A DNA stretch of 64,000 bases from Octopus sinensis (Eukaryota), in assembly GCF_006345805.1 (NCBI RefSeq), contig NC_043010.1:34968001-35032000 (forward strand). Direction: 5' to 3'. This document shows, piece after piece, positions 12,680-24,350 of the stretch. The notes below the pieces were generated by a model. That model ran no database searches. It saw nothing but the letters and a program-made list of their open reading frames with translations, and was not told the DNA's origin. A program made the position numbers and the translations under genes. Within the stretch, counting starts at the first letter, position 1. Each line of letters starts with the position of its first letter.

Positions 12680-13170
12680 AGCAGCTTCACTATCACCAGC
12701 ATAACTATCACTAACCATTCTATCAACCTATAGACTTGATGTCAATAGCTACTCTAAAAGTAGCTGGTCTCCAAACCAATACACCACCAACAGCCAGTCT
12801 ATCAGCAATCAGACTATCAACTAACACACTATCAACAGTTGCTCTATCGATTCATATACTATCAATAACTGCACTAACAACAGCCATACTAATAATAGCT
12901 GGTCTACCAACTGATGCACAGCCAACAGCCAGTCTATCAACCGATGCATTATCAACAGCTGCACCATCAATTGGTCTATCAACAATCAGACTATCAACTG
13001 GCACACTATGACCAGCTGTTCTATTGATTCATATGCTATCAATAGCTGCACTAACAACAGCCACACTAACAATAGCTGGTTCACCAATCAATGTACTACC
13101 AACAGCTAGTCTATTAACGGCTGGTCTATCAACAGCCAATCTACCAACATATGTACTCTCAACTGCAAAA
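12680..13170. repeat. Degenerate ~15-bp minisatellite (xxxctatcaacagct-like) with a 177-bp higher-order duplication
   Basis: caatcagactatcaact at 12806 and 12983; tagctggt at 12896 and 13073. Confidence 0.75.
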
Positions 13171-13688
13171 AGGTGGGTAGGGTATATGCCAATTTCTTTT
13201 ATGGGGTCTGTTGCCCACCCTTGGTTACCCATTGCTTTAGAAATCCACCTCACTCTACTCTAGCTCTTGCAAAGATACCATGGGTAAGGCATTTGATATT
13301 CAGGCATATCTCAAACTTATGTCAATAATTGGTTCCAAGGCATGCAACAAAACTCAAAAATGAACATAACATAGAAAAACATTAAACAAAAATTTATTAG
13401 CTTAAACTTGTTTTTATGAATGATTTGTACATATTTTCACATGTATTTTATTTGATTTTCCATTTCAATATCAGTTTTTCAGGTGCTTTTCTTTTCATTA
13501 TGTCTTGCTTTTAAATATATTTGCTGAGACAAATATAAAGACTGACATTGAGTTTTTTTTTTTTCCATTAATTTCTTTAAAAAATTTTATGAATTCAAAA
13601 AGACATAACTTGAAATAATGTAAGTTGAGGTCTCCCAGTACTTAACAATTCAATCCACCTGGTTGTAAGTAAATAACATGGGGTAGAG

Positions 13689-14512
13689 CAGTGGTTCTCA
13701 ACCATTTTTTTTTTACTTATGAACCCCCTTTGATTCCTGCTTTACTAGAGGGGCCCCTCCTAACCATCTAATGTTTAAGAAATCCTATTATATTTTGTAT
13801 GATTAAATATTAGGAATCGAATTATAAAAAATTGTTCAAATATTTTGTGCATTGTAGAAGTATAACCAATTTATTGTATTGGGTTGTCCGGAAAGTTCTT
13901 GCCGATTTATAGTAGCTTACCTTTCAACTTATTTTAGAACATGGTTGAGTCAATAAAATAGGATTTCACTACACCTCCATTTAGAGCACGGTTTAAGCTA
14001 TCCTTTCATGGTAGAAGGTTTATGTTCCTATAACCTGTGTTAATTTTGTAACCCTTTAAAATGGAAGATAAGAAAGTTCATTTTCAGCACTTGATGATTT
14101 GGGAACCAGGAAAAAATTACTGCAGCTCGGCTGGGATGTGTTACCCCACCCTCCATATTCACCAGATATTGCTCCTTCAGATTTCCACCTATTCAGGTTT
14201 CTGCAGAATAGTCTTAATGGTAAAAATTTCAATTCCTTGGATGACGTAAAAATACCTTGATGAATTCTTTGCCATGAAGCCACCTCAGTTCTGGGAAGAG
14301 GGTGTTTTCAAGTTAGAGGAAAGATGGAGATGCATGTGCAACAAAATGATTTATATTTAGTTGATTAAAAATGTAATGGCAAGTATTTATTAACCTTTTT
14401 CTTTCCTTTAAAAATCAGCATGAACTTTCCGAACAACCCAATATATAAGTTTTAACAACAAAATCTTATATGGACCACCAAGGGTCATATGAACCCCAGT
14501 TCAGTCCCAGTG
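13689..14512. mobile_element. hAT (Charlie/Buster-type) MITE containing a nested mariner
   Basis: Left TIR cagtggttctcaacc; decayed right TIR cagttcagtcccagtg; 8-bp TSD gggtagag (13681-13688) / gggtggag (14513-14520). Confidence 0.75.
13879..14441 (+). mobile_element. Internally deleted mariner transposon
   Basis: TIRs ttgggttgtccggaaagttc / gaactttccgaacaacccaa with TA TSD. N-terminal MEDKKVHFQHLM is fused to C-terminal GWDVLPHPPYSPDIAPSDFHLFRFLQNSLNGKNF (YSPDLAPSD motif). Confidence 0.92.
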
Positions 14513-14539
14513 GGGTGGAGCATTTGACTGTTGTGCCAA

Positions 14540-14800
14540 TTCCCACAAACACAGCTCAAGGTGCTGCAAGTCAATGAATATCTTTGGTAATTTTTACAAT
14601 ATGCTTCCATAGTATTTATTTCCAGGGAAGTAGACTGAGCCATTTTTGAGACTCAAGTGTTTTAATACAGACACAGTACTCGTTTGCTGACAGGATAGAA
14701 ACTTCCAATACAAATTGGCTGCTTATCAAGTATCCTATCCATTCAGCCATCCATACACAAGTATTTTAGCTGACTTAAAGCTGTTCAAACAATCCTTGCT
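14540..14800 (-). pseudogene. Highly decayed LINE reverse transcriptase fragment (CR1/L2-like)
   Basis: Minus frame QTSTVSVLKHL...GNKYYGSIL*KLPKIFIDLQH resembles the RST...GAVFLDLSKAFDT RT motif. Confidence 0.4.
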
Positions 14801-15354
14801 GAAAATGTAGGAACTAAAATTCAAAAGCCAGTGACAGATTTTGATGAAGGACAAAATATAGATAATCAAGAGTGAGGTACCTTATTATACAAGCAGTGGA
14901 TTGATTTAATTACAGGGAATTTACTGTTTTTGTTCCATTATTAATTCCTGCCCTCACATTACCACTAATTAAACATATGTTACCAACAACCTTGGCCTTA
15001 TTTCTACTTTAAATTGATTTTATGTGAAAATTATCAATATCATTGTATTATTATGTATTAATATAACTATCATTATTAATTGATTTCAAATTCTGCCAAT
15101 GTTGACTTTAACTTTCATCCTTCTGTGAGGTTTGATAAAATAAGAAACAATGTAAAACTGGGCTCGATTAATTTGACTACACTCATACCCCAAAGATTTA
15201 AGGCTTTGACAAAAATCTCTACAACTGCAAAGCAGTGACTTAGAAAAGTTAAAATGCCTTGTGATATTTGTTCTAATTTTTTTATATATATTTTAAGTTC
15301 AAATGTTGCTAAAATCAACTTTGCCTTTTGCTCCACAGAGGTCAAAAAAATACC

Positions 15355-15586
15355 TATTTCTTTACTACCCACAAGGGGCTAAACACAGAGAAGACAAACA
15401 AGGACAGACAAATGGATTAAGTCGATTATATCAACTCCAGTGCGTAACTGGTACTTATTTAATCGACCCCGAAAGGATGAAAGGCAAAGTCGACCTCTGC
15501 GGAATTTGAACTCAGAACATAGCGGCAGACGAAATACCGCCAAGGATTTCACCCAGCATACTAACGTTTCTGCCAGCTCGCCACCT
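15355..15586 (-). mobile_element. Young full-length SINE family C inserted antisense in an older family C copy
   Basis: Near-identical to 3000-3231; TSD tcaaaaaaatacc (15342-15354) / tcaataaaatacc (15587-15599). Confidence 0.85.
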
Positions 15587-15884
15587 TCAATAAAATACCA
15601 GTAAAGTACTGGATGTGATTGATGTAATTGGTTTACGCCTTTCTTTCAAAATTTCTAGCCTTTTGCCTAAATTAGAAATTATTATTATTACTATTAAAAT
15701 CTTTAGCTTGGAGTTCAAATTCTTCAAGAGTTGGATTTTCTTATCATTCTGCATCTAACCCGAGATCATTAAAGTAAATACTGGTTATCTATTGAGAAAG
15801 AATTTTGTATGAAAAGGATATATTTGGTTGAATTGATTATATAATTTTTATACAAAATTCAGGCCTCAAACCAAAGTTGCAAAT

Positions 15885-15992
15885 TATTATTATTATTATT
15901 ATATTATTATTATTATTATTATTATTATATTATTATTATTATTATTATTATCATTATTATTATTATCATCATCATCATCATCATTATTATTA
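15885..15992. repeat. (TAT)n/(CAT)n compound microsatellite
   Basis: Direct reading. Confidence 0.95.
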
Positions 15993-16454
15993 GGCTGGTT
16001 AACAGATGGTATAACTGGTTGAACACTGGTCTAGTGGTATTTAATTACATCCCATTAGGCTCTGAGTTCAAAGCCTATTCACATCGACTTTTTCCTTTGT
16101 TGCTATGGAGTAAATATAATAAAATATCATCAGAATATAGTAGGAACTAAGTTTTTTCTCTTTTTTTAATCATATTTTGGTACACAGCACACTGGGCCAT
16201 CCAGGGACAGTTTCAGTAGTAAATTTTTCTATGAGAAACAGTTACTAGCTCCTTGCTCAACCTTTCTTGCAGAAAGGGATCCTATAAGTGGTCTTACTTT
16301 TATCTTTCACACTGTCAAATGCAGCCAATTGAAAGAGAGAGAGAGAGAGAGAGAGAGAGAACTCAGAAATGAGGGAGCCAAAAGATGTACCAATAGACAT
16401 TCTGTCTGATACAAATGACTCAGCCAAATTGATTGACCATAACCTTCTTCCCTA

Positions 16455-16812
16455 AACCAATGGTAAAAAGGGATGAAGACCCCCTTCAGTCATGAATGAC
16501 CATTGAATTACACCTAGAAAGTTACCCTCTGAGGCACAAGTCCAGGCAAAGTTGTTTATGGAAGACCAGCGGTTACCCATACATACCAGCCCCCCCATCT
16601 CCATGCCATTGATATTATCCGAGGGGAAGGCAAAGGCCAATACAGCTTGACATCAGTGATGTTGCAACTCATTTCTGCAATTGTGTGAACTGGAGCAATG
16701 TGAAATAAAGTGTTTTGCTCAAGAACACAACAAATAGCTTGGTCGAAGAATTGAACCCACTACTTCATGATTGTGAACTCGACACTTTAACCACTGAGCC
16801 ATGTGCCTTCAC
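16455..16812 (-). mobile_element. CORE-SINE (family E)
   Basis: Minus strand: tRNA-like head (ggctcagtggttaaagtg...gggttcaattc) followed by ttcttgagcaaaacactttatttcacattgctccagttcacacaattgcagaaatgag, a CORE-like domain; second copy at 57925-58197. Confidence 0.75.
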
Positions 16813-18331
16813 CTGTTGTATTACTATCTTTACTATCATTAGATGATCAGTTGTTTTGGTTGCCTGCTTGCTTTATTGAGATGATACTTCTAAAAATTTT
16901 GAGAGGCAGTCTTGAGAGGTGACTGTTCCAATAATCCGATGGCACAATCGTCAAAGTTGACCTTACATTCAACTCAAGAGCAGGTTGTACAGAAGAAAAA
17001 CCTACAATCAATCAAACAGCAGGGTCGTCCACTGTGACCCTACAAACAAACAGAAAAATCCTCAGAGGTGACCTCAACACGTCAATAGGTTATGATTATT
17101 CTCACTAATTTTATACAACATTGTATTGTATGCTACATCAGATGTCGTCACCACCTGTTCCATACACAGATGTAATACTCACAGCTGTTCTAAATCACTT
17201 CCTAGATTGTTTCAGCTCAATACCCACTTCAGGGATTACATTTTTTCTTCCCTTCCTTATCTCATTTTTGCTTTAATCTGTTTCATGATAGCATGAATAG
17301 GATGGACTTAGTCTTTGGTAAACCTGGACAATCTCCAATGATTGATATAACACAGTAACTTGGAAACGTCTTTTGTTCACTCAACCTGTCAGAAATAAGA
17401 GTTAAATTTCCCTCAAATTACACCCTACAACCTTAAAAACAAGATGAACATTTCAAAATGGTTGAAATATCTTTGATCATATGTTAGCTTAATTAGAGCT
17501 GATCTGGAGCTGAGCAGCAACATTTATGAGTTCGTGTATGTTCTGTTTTAACAGTTATCTAAACTAAACTGTGAAAATAGGAGGAAAAATTCTTAAGTAG
17601 TACCTGGTTAACTCCTTGATCAAGCAGATCTATTGAGTAAAGTGATATTTGGATGAAATTTAACTGTTATGTTTAGTAGGTTGAAAAACTGTATAAAGAT
17701 CCTGTGTTGAAGTTTGTTAGTCATCCAGGCAGACTGATGTAAGCGGAGTTACGTACCTTACCTAAAAGCAAAATACAACCATAGTAATCATAGTGGTGAC
17801 AATAGTAATCATAACAGACTAGGTTAGTGTAGAAGTAGTATTGATAATAGCTGATGTGATTGTTGTTGAATATCAGGTCAACTCTGATCCAGTTGACCTA
17901 TGATCAAAGGCATTCTAGCCATGACAAACATGTCTCACCCCTTCAACCAGATCTTTCTCTATCATAAGTACATCCATCATCAACACATCAGTTTATCCAC
18001 TCATCACTCACCAGTCGTTTCATTCACATTGGTGCTGTTGCCTCTCCTGCTGACATCAGCTGGTACCTTTCACAGCCAGCTGCTCCCGCAGTTCACTCCT
18101 GCTCTATCTTGCGTGGAAAGTTTAATGTTACACATCCAACCAGATCATACCTGATTATTGCTCAGACAGAATTACTACAGCACAGTTAAGCTACATAGAT
18201 ATACTTCAAACAAAATCAAAATAAGCATGAAGGGAAGAGAAAGTTTGTATATGAGAGAGAGAGAGAAAGAGAGTAAGAGAGCAAGAAAGATTAGTAGAAT
18301 CAATGTGTATATATATATTTATATATATATA

Positions 18332-18372
<41 letters not shown>

Positions 18373-18781
18373 TCAGTATGTTCAGATGATATATGACTAG
18401 TACATATGATGTGTGCTGGCAAATCTATGATAGATGTATATAAACAGTTTCTATATTTTAAACTTCAGGTGGAATATTTCCATTTTTTTATCTTATAAAA
18501 ATCTATAATTCAATTTTTATGTAATCTCTATGTATTTGATTCAAAATCAGTAGGAGATGGTTTACACATATATACACTCTACATGCTTATATCTGAGTGG
18601 GTGAGCGAGAGACTACATGTGTATGTGTATGTATGTATGGGTAAGCAGGAGTGTATAAGTGATTTAGTGAGTATGTGTGAAAAGTGTGTGTGAGTGAGTG
18701 AATATGAATTTGTGTGTGCAAATGTATGTGTGTGAGAATATATGTATGAGAGTGTATACACATTTGAGAGTGCGGATGTGT

Positions 18782-18842
<61 letters not shown>

Positions 18843-19735
18843 TAAAGAGATATGCATGAGTGTGTGACAGAGTGTATTTGTGCCAGAGCATGTTTGTGTG
18901 AGCGAGTATGTGTATGAGAGCACCAATGCAAAAGTGCATATGCATCTCAGCGTATGAACATGTATGCAAGTGTATGCGTGTTTGCATGTCAGTATGTGCC
19001 AGCGTGCCTATGTTTAAGTATCCACTTATGTATAAGTGCATTGAAACCTACAGATATACATATTAGTATGTATATGTACATGTATGTAAGTGTATATATA
19101 TATATATGCACACACACACATACACTTACATATACATACACAGACATACATATATACACACACATATACACACACATGTGCACATATACACACAGACACA
19201 TGCATAGAGGTAATGGTAAATAAATAAATTAAAAATGTCTGCAACGAAGAAAGAGTAGTCCAGTTAGTTATAAGCATCTATTACTCAATAACAAGAGATT
19301 CTGACGGAGGGGTGATGAGTTTCACTTTTGGTTGTGGTGAGAATCTTTGGAGTTTTTTTAAACTTGGCTATTTATAATTCTTTGCTGATGTAGGTTATTT
19401 GTCTGCTGGGTCTTCTGTTTTCTCTTCAATTCCATAGACAGGCCAAAGAGGAATCTTCTATGTGTTCTTTGCTTAACCTGCTAGAAACAGCAGTCATCTT
19501 TCTCTCTCGCCCAAATTATGCTTTACTGTCTTCAAAATGAAAGAATATGTTAGACAATAGATGCATTAAAAGGCGAGAGAGTCATGGTCAGAAATCCTTT
19601 CACTATAGCTCTGCTCGATCTTGCTTGACTGGGGTTTAATAACAAAAGTTATTAAAAAGTATATCCCTCATCACACCTCTCTTTCGAAAACTCTCTTATA
19701 TATTTAATAATGTATGTATATATATGTCTGTATAT

Positions 19736-20070
19736 GTCCCACTGCAATGACACCTTGGGCAAGTGTCTTCTACTATAGCCTCAGGCCAACCAAAGCCTTG
19801 TGAGTGGATTTGGTAGACGGAAACTGAAAGAAGCCCATCATATATATATGTATGTGTGTGTGTATATGTTAGTGTGTATATGTTTGTGTGTCTGTGTTTG
19901 TCCCCCCAACATCGATTGACAATCGATGCTGGTGTGTTTACGTTCCCGTAACTTAGCGGTTCGGCAAAAGAGACCAATAGAATAATTACTAGGCTTACAA
20001 AGAATAAGACCAGTGGTCAATTTGCCCAACTAAAGGCAAATGACGGAAACAAGTAAAAGAGTAAAAGAGT
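19736..20070 (+). mobile_element. SINE family A (5'-truncated)
   Basis: caccttgggcaagtgtcttctactatagcc...ggaaacaagtaaaagagtaaaagag. Confidence 0.85.
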
Positions 20071-20979
20071 ACAATGGGATTAAATCACACGATCATGTCC
20101 ATATCTATTATCTGCACACACACACACACACATACACACACACACACATACACACACACATGTACTTACATATTTAAGATAGTGAGATACGGTTCTCTGA
20201 CCCCACTCAAAGAGTAGCAACAAAACATCCAATCCATACCAGAAAGTGATGCAAATATAAAATTAGTGAAGAAAACTGGAGCAATTTGTGCAATGTACTT
20301 TGCACCAAGATATAATATAATACCTATAACAAACCAAGGAGTTTCTATGTTTGCTCAACTTACAAGAAATAGCAGCTAAATTTTTTTCAAGTTCATACCC
20401 TAATACCTTTTTAAAAAATGGGGATGATCATATCTGGAACGATTTTTAATTGTAGGCTTGCTTCATCATGAGTGACTTATTGAAGAACAAGAATGGATGT
20501 ACTAATAGTAATAGGGAGGTTTGAACTTATGATCATGTAGTTTCTAGTCATAGACCAGATATATGTGTCCAAAAAAAAACACTGATTATTTTTGACAATG
20601 TTTTGAGAAGAATAATGAAAAAAGGGTGAAAAACAAAGCAACACTTGATGTTGTAAAGCCAGTCAAACACACATATTACAGTTGACTGTACAAAATTTTA
20701 GCATAAAAATATTCTCAACACATTTTTGAACAATGAAACAAAAGCAAATACACAGACATATATAATGTCTATATATGTGAGTAATCACTGTTTAACCCCC
20801 AGGAAAACCTTAACAGCAGATCTAAGATAAAAGGAGTTCCAGCTATAACCATTCTCCTTTTTCCAGGCAATGGTTATCTTTGACTACCCTACCCACTATG
20901 TCATTCTTTTAAAGATGGCTGGGTGGGATGAGGGTGATTTGGTTGCTATTTCTGGTAAGTTGAGAGATCATTTACAGGT

Positions 20980-21200
20980 TGACTTCATGCGATACCCTGT
21001 ATAAATTAGAGATATCTAAGAATGAGCATGTGAAGGCATTGATCACACTAAGATATTTGTTAAATGGTGTAGAAAATTTCATCAAGTGCTTAACAAGCAG
21101 TGCACAGCAAGCTCTCCCATGCTTATGCTCCATAAGGGCCATCCTCTCGAATACTGACATGAATCATCCAGCAGTATTCCAAGCTTAACTGCATTAACTG
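20980..21200 (-). pseudogene. Decayed LINE RT thumb-region fragment (I/CR1-like)
   Basis: Frameshifted minus frames VKLGILLDDS / ...YLSVINAFTCSFLDISNLY resemble KFLGVIFDSKL...LLRLYRALVRSKLDYGSIVY. Confidence 0.4.
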
Positions 21201-21977
21201 TAACCCTCTGCAAGAGCCCACAAAGGCTATGAGTGCGGAACCATCTCTTGAGAATAAAGTATAACATTTTTGAAAAAATAGAATAAAAATGAAAATATGA
21301 GAAATTCAATATAAATTTCTTGTAAAACAAGTTGTGTTTTTAATGAAACCTGTACACTCATCTATGAATCATACAAACACATACACATGCATGCAGCCAA
21401 ATGTGCTACATATGTAGACACACAGATACAATCATATATGAAACACACACAACAATTATAAAACACACACACTCATATATGAAACACACACACACACCAT
21501 GTAAACAATAAAGTAAAAAAAAAACATAAGAAACAATCAAATAGCATTAACAGAATAAAATATAACAATTATTTGTATTAATAGTTATTATTATTATTAA
21601 GGACTAACCAATGCTTCATTTTTTCAAGATCGATAAAAAAAATGTACCAGTCAAGTACTGCAGTTGATTTATAATACCACTTCCTTCGAAATTTGTTGCA
21701 TTATAAATACATTGTAGCCAATAAAAGAAATTGTTAGAACATTGAACAAAATGCTCTACTGTACAGTTTAGTTACAGCTCTTTATGTTTTGAGTTCAAAT
21801 CCTGCTGAGATCAATTTTGCCTTTCATCTTCCCAGGATTGATAGAATAAAAGACCAATCATAAACTGTAAGAAAAAAAAATCAACTATAGATACCCATTC
21901 CTCAAATTTCAGCCCTCATTTCAGTGTAAGAAATCATTATAATGTTTTGCTTATAGTCATTATTTCTAATATAGGCA

Positions 21978-22420
21978 CAGGTGAGGCTGTGGGGTGAGAA
22001 GCTTGCTTCCCCAACGACATAGTTCCAGGTTCGATTCCATTGCATGGAACTTGGGACAAATGACTTCAACTATAGCCTTGGGCAGCCCAAAGATTTCGTA
22101 GGTGGAAACTGAAAGAGGTCCATCATGTGTGTATGATTGTGTGTGTGTGTGTGTATTTGTACATTATTTACATTGGACGGATGTGTGTCCTTATCTTGTT
22201 TTTTTGTTACCAGAACTGATTTACTCTCTAGCCTTCATCAGGTGTCCTGGTAGAATTATGAACACAACCCTGGGTTCTCATTCCTAAGGTATTTGTGTCT
22301 GTGTTTATCCCCCACCACTGCTTGATAACTGGTGTTGGTGTGTTTACATCCCCATAACTTAGTGGTTTAACAAAAGGGACAAATAGAATAAGTACCAGGC
22401 TTTAAAAAAATGAGTACTTG
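21978..22420 (+). mobile_element. SINE family A with a Penelope-like fragment (~22155-22285) in its (TG)n centre
   Basis: SINE head and tail flank gtacattatttacattggacggat...gccttcatcaggtgtcc...cctaagg. Confidence 0.7.
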
Positions 22421-22649
22421 AATTGATTTGAAAATTACTATTTTTTAAATCTCACAACGTGAGATATTCAACAACAGTACTTTGTAGTAAAGATTGTTTA
22501 CCAATATAACATGCCAGTCCTGGTTTAGGACTAATGTTGCTGTAATTTAGCCCTAGGAGACATCGTTTCCAGCTGGCTATACGACACTATCTGTGTCTTT
22601 ATATTTTTGAACAAGGGAATTTAGCACCCCCATTCAGCTCAAAACAATA

Positions 22650-22694
22650 TCCGTGTATCATGATTTCTGGGTTATTTCCCTTCATCAGCACAGA
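22650..22694 (-). ncRNA. Minimal type I hammerhead ribozyme (left arm)
   Basis: Minus strand: tctgtg CTGATGA a ggg aaataa ccc a GAAA tcatga TA cacgga. Intact core, 6-bp helix I, 3-bp helix II, palindromic helix III TCATGA, AUA cleavage triplet. Confidence 0.8.
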
Positions 22695-22888
22695 ATAATT
22701 GTTCAGCTAGAGGAATAATTGTTCCCACTCGAAATATATAGTTTTCAAAGTGACAACTAGACATTAATTTATAAATCAGTGACTTTAAAAATAGTAATTT
22801 TCTGATTTATAAATCAGTGACTAGTTGTCACTTTGAAAACTATATATTTCGAGCAGGAATTTGGCAGCGCCACCTCTAGCCGAATGAT

Positions 22889-22934
22889 TCTTGTGCTGAT
22901 GAAGAGAAATAACCGAGAAATCGCAATACACAGA
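22889..22934 (+). ncRNA. Minimal type I hammerhead ribozyme (right arm, helix II degraded)
   Basis: tcttgtg CTGATGA agagaaataaccga GAAA tcgcaa TA cacaga. Confidence 0.65.
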
Positions 22935-23333
22935 TATTGTTTTGAGCTGAGTGGAGGTGCTAGATTCCCTGGTTCGAAAATATAAGGACACAGATTGTGT
23001 TGTATAGCCAGCTGGAGACAATGTCTCCTGAGGCTAAATTACAACAACATTAGTCCTAAACCAGGAGAAAAAAGATGAACCTTGGGATATTATATGTGGA
23101 GCTATCAATTCATTTCAGCATATCAATGTGGACCTATCAAGTCATTTCAGTGTGTGTGTATGTATGTCTCCGTCTTCCTTTCCTTGGACTTTTCCTTTTT
23201 CTATGTTTCTGATAAAGAGCTCCACTCGAAATGTGAAATCCTCCTTCTTTCTTTCCTTTCCTGAGCGTCCAATAACACTATACTTGTTCCACGTCCTCAC
23301 GTTGTTGTGTTTTCTCTTTGTTCATGTTTGGAT

Positions 23334-23383
<50 letters not shown>

Positions 23384-23989
23384 GAAATTGACAGGCCTCT
23401 TTAAGTTCCATCTACCAAATCCACTCACAAGGCTTTGATCAGCCCAAGGCTACAGCCGAAGACACATGTCCAAGGTATTACACAGTGGGACTGAACATGG
23501 AACCATATAGTTGGGAAGCAAGCTTCTTACCACAGAGCCATGCCTGTGCATAATAATATAATTATTGTCTGATTTAGACATTAAACAATATTAATAAGTG
23601 TGATTTAGTAGATTACATTGATCCCAGTACTTCATGGTACCCTACTTTATTGATCCAGGAGGGATTGAAAGTTAACCTCAACAGGATTTGAACCCAAATC
23701 ATGAAGATCTGGAACAAATATGCAATGCATTTTGTGTAACACCTTAATATTTCTGCCAATCCACCATCTTTATAATAATTTGCCAAAATTCAATATCGTT
23801 AGAATAAAAGATATAAAAATTTGGCAATATTTCAAGTTTTGGTGTACAGGGTATAGTCGATTTAACTGACCCCCTGCACATTACTGATATTTACTTACTG
23901 CAAATAAACCCTTAAGTATTTACAAAATATAATACCAAAACATACATAGATAGCTATACACAAAAGCATATATATACACACAGAATCAT

Positions 23990-24145
23990 ACATACATAAA
24001 TATACATACATACACACATACATACATGCACATACATACATATATATATATACACACACACACGTGCACACACACATGTGTATGTATATATACATGTATG
24101 TATATATATGTGTGTGTGTGTGTATATATATACATGCACACACAC

Positions 24146-24216
<71 letters not shown>

Positions 24217-24233
24217 TACATACATACATACAT

Positions 24234-24293
<60 letters not shown>

Positions 24294-24350
24294 CATACAT
24301 ACATACATACATACATACATACATACATGCATACATACATACATATATGT
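23990..24350. repeat. Compound (CA)n/(TACA)n microsatellite
   Basis: Direct reading; source of many spurious ORFs. Confidence 0.95.

Larger units (their letters stand above)
22518..23066. mobile_element. ~550-bp fold-back element with ~240-bp inverted arms, Penelope-like
   Basis: tcctggtttaggactaatgttg...ttttcaaagtgacaactag and ctagttgtcactttgaaaac...caacattagtcctaaaccagga; ~60-bp spacer with a direct repeat atttataaatcagtgact. Confidence 0.9.

Noticed and set aside
20978-21188. Plus-strand 69-aa ORF with an AG acceptor and downstream AATAAA, resembling a terminal exon
   Set aside because: The acceptor lies in a dispersed repeat, and the opposite strand better resembles a decayed LINE RT.
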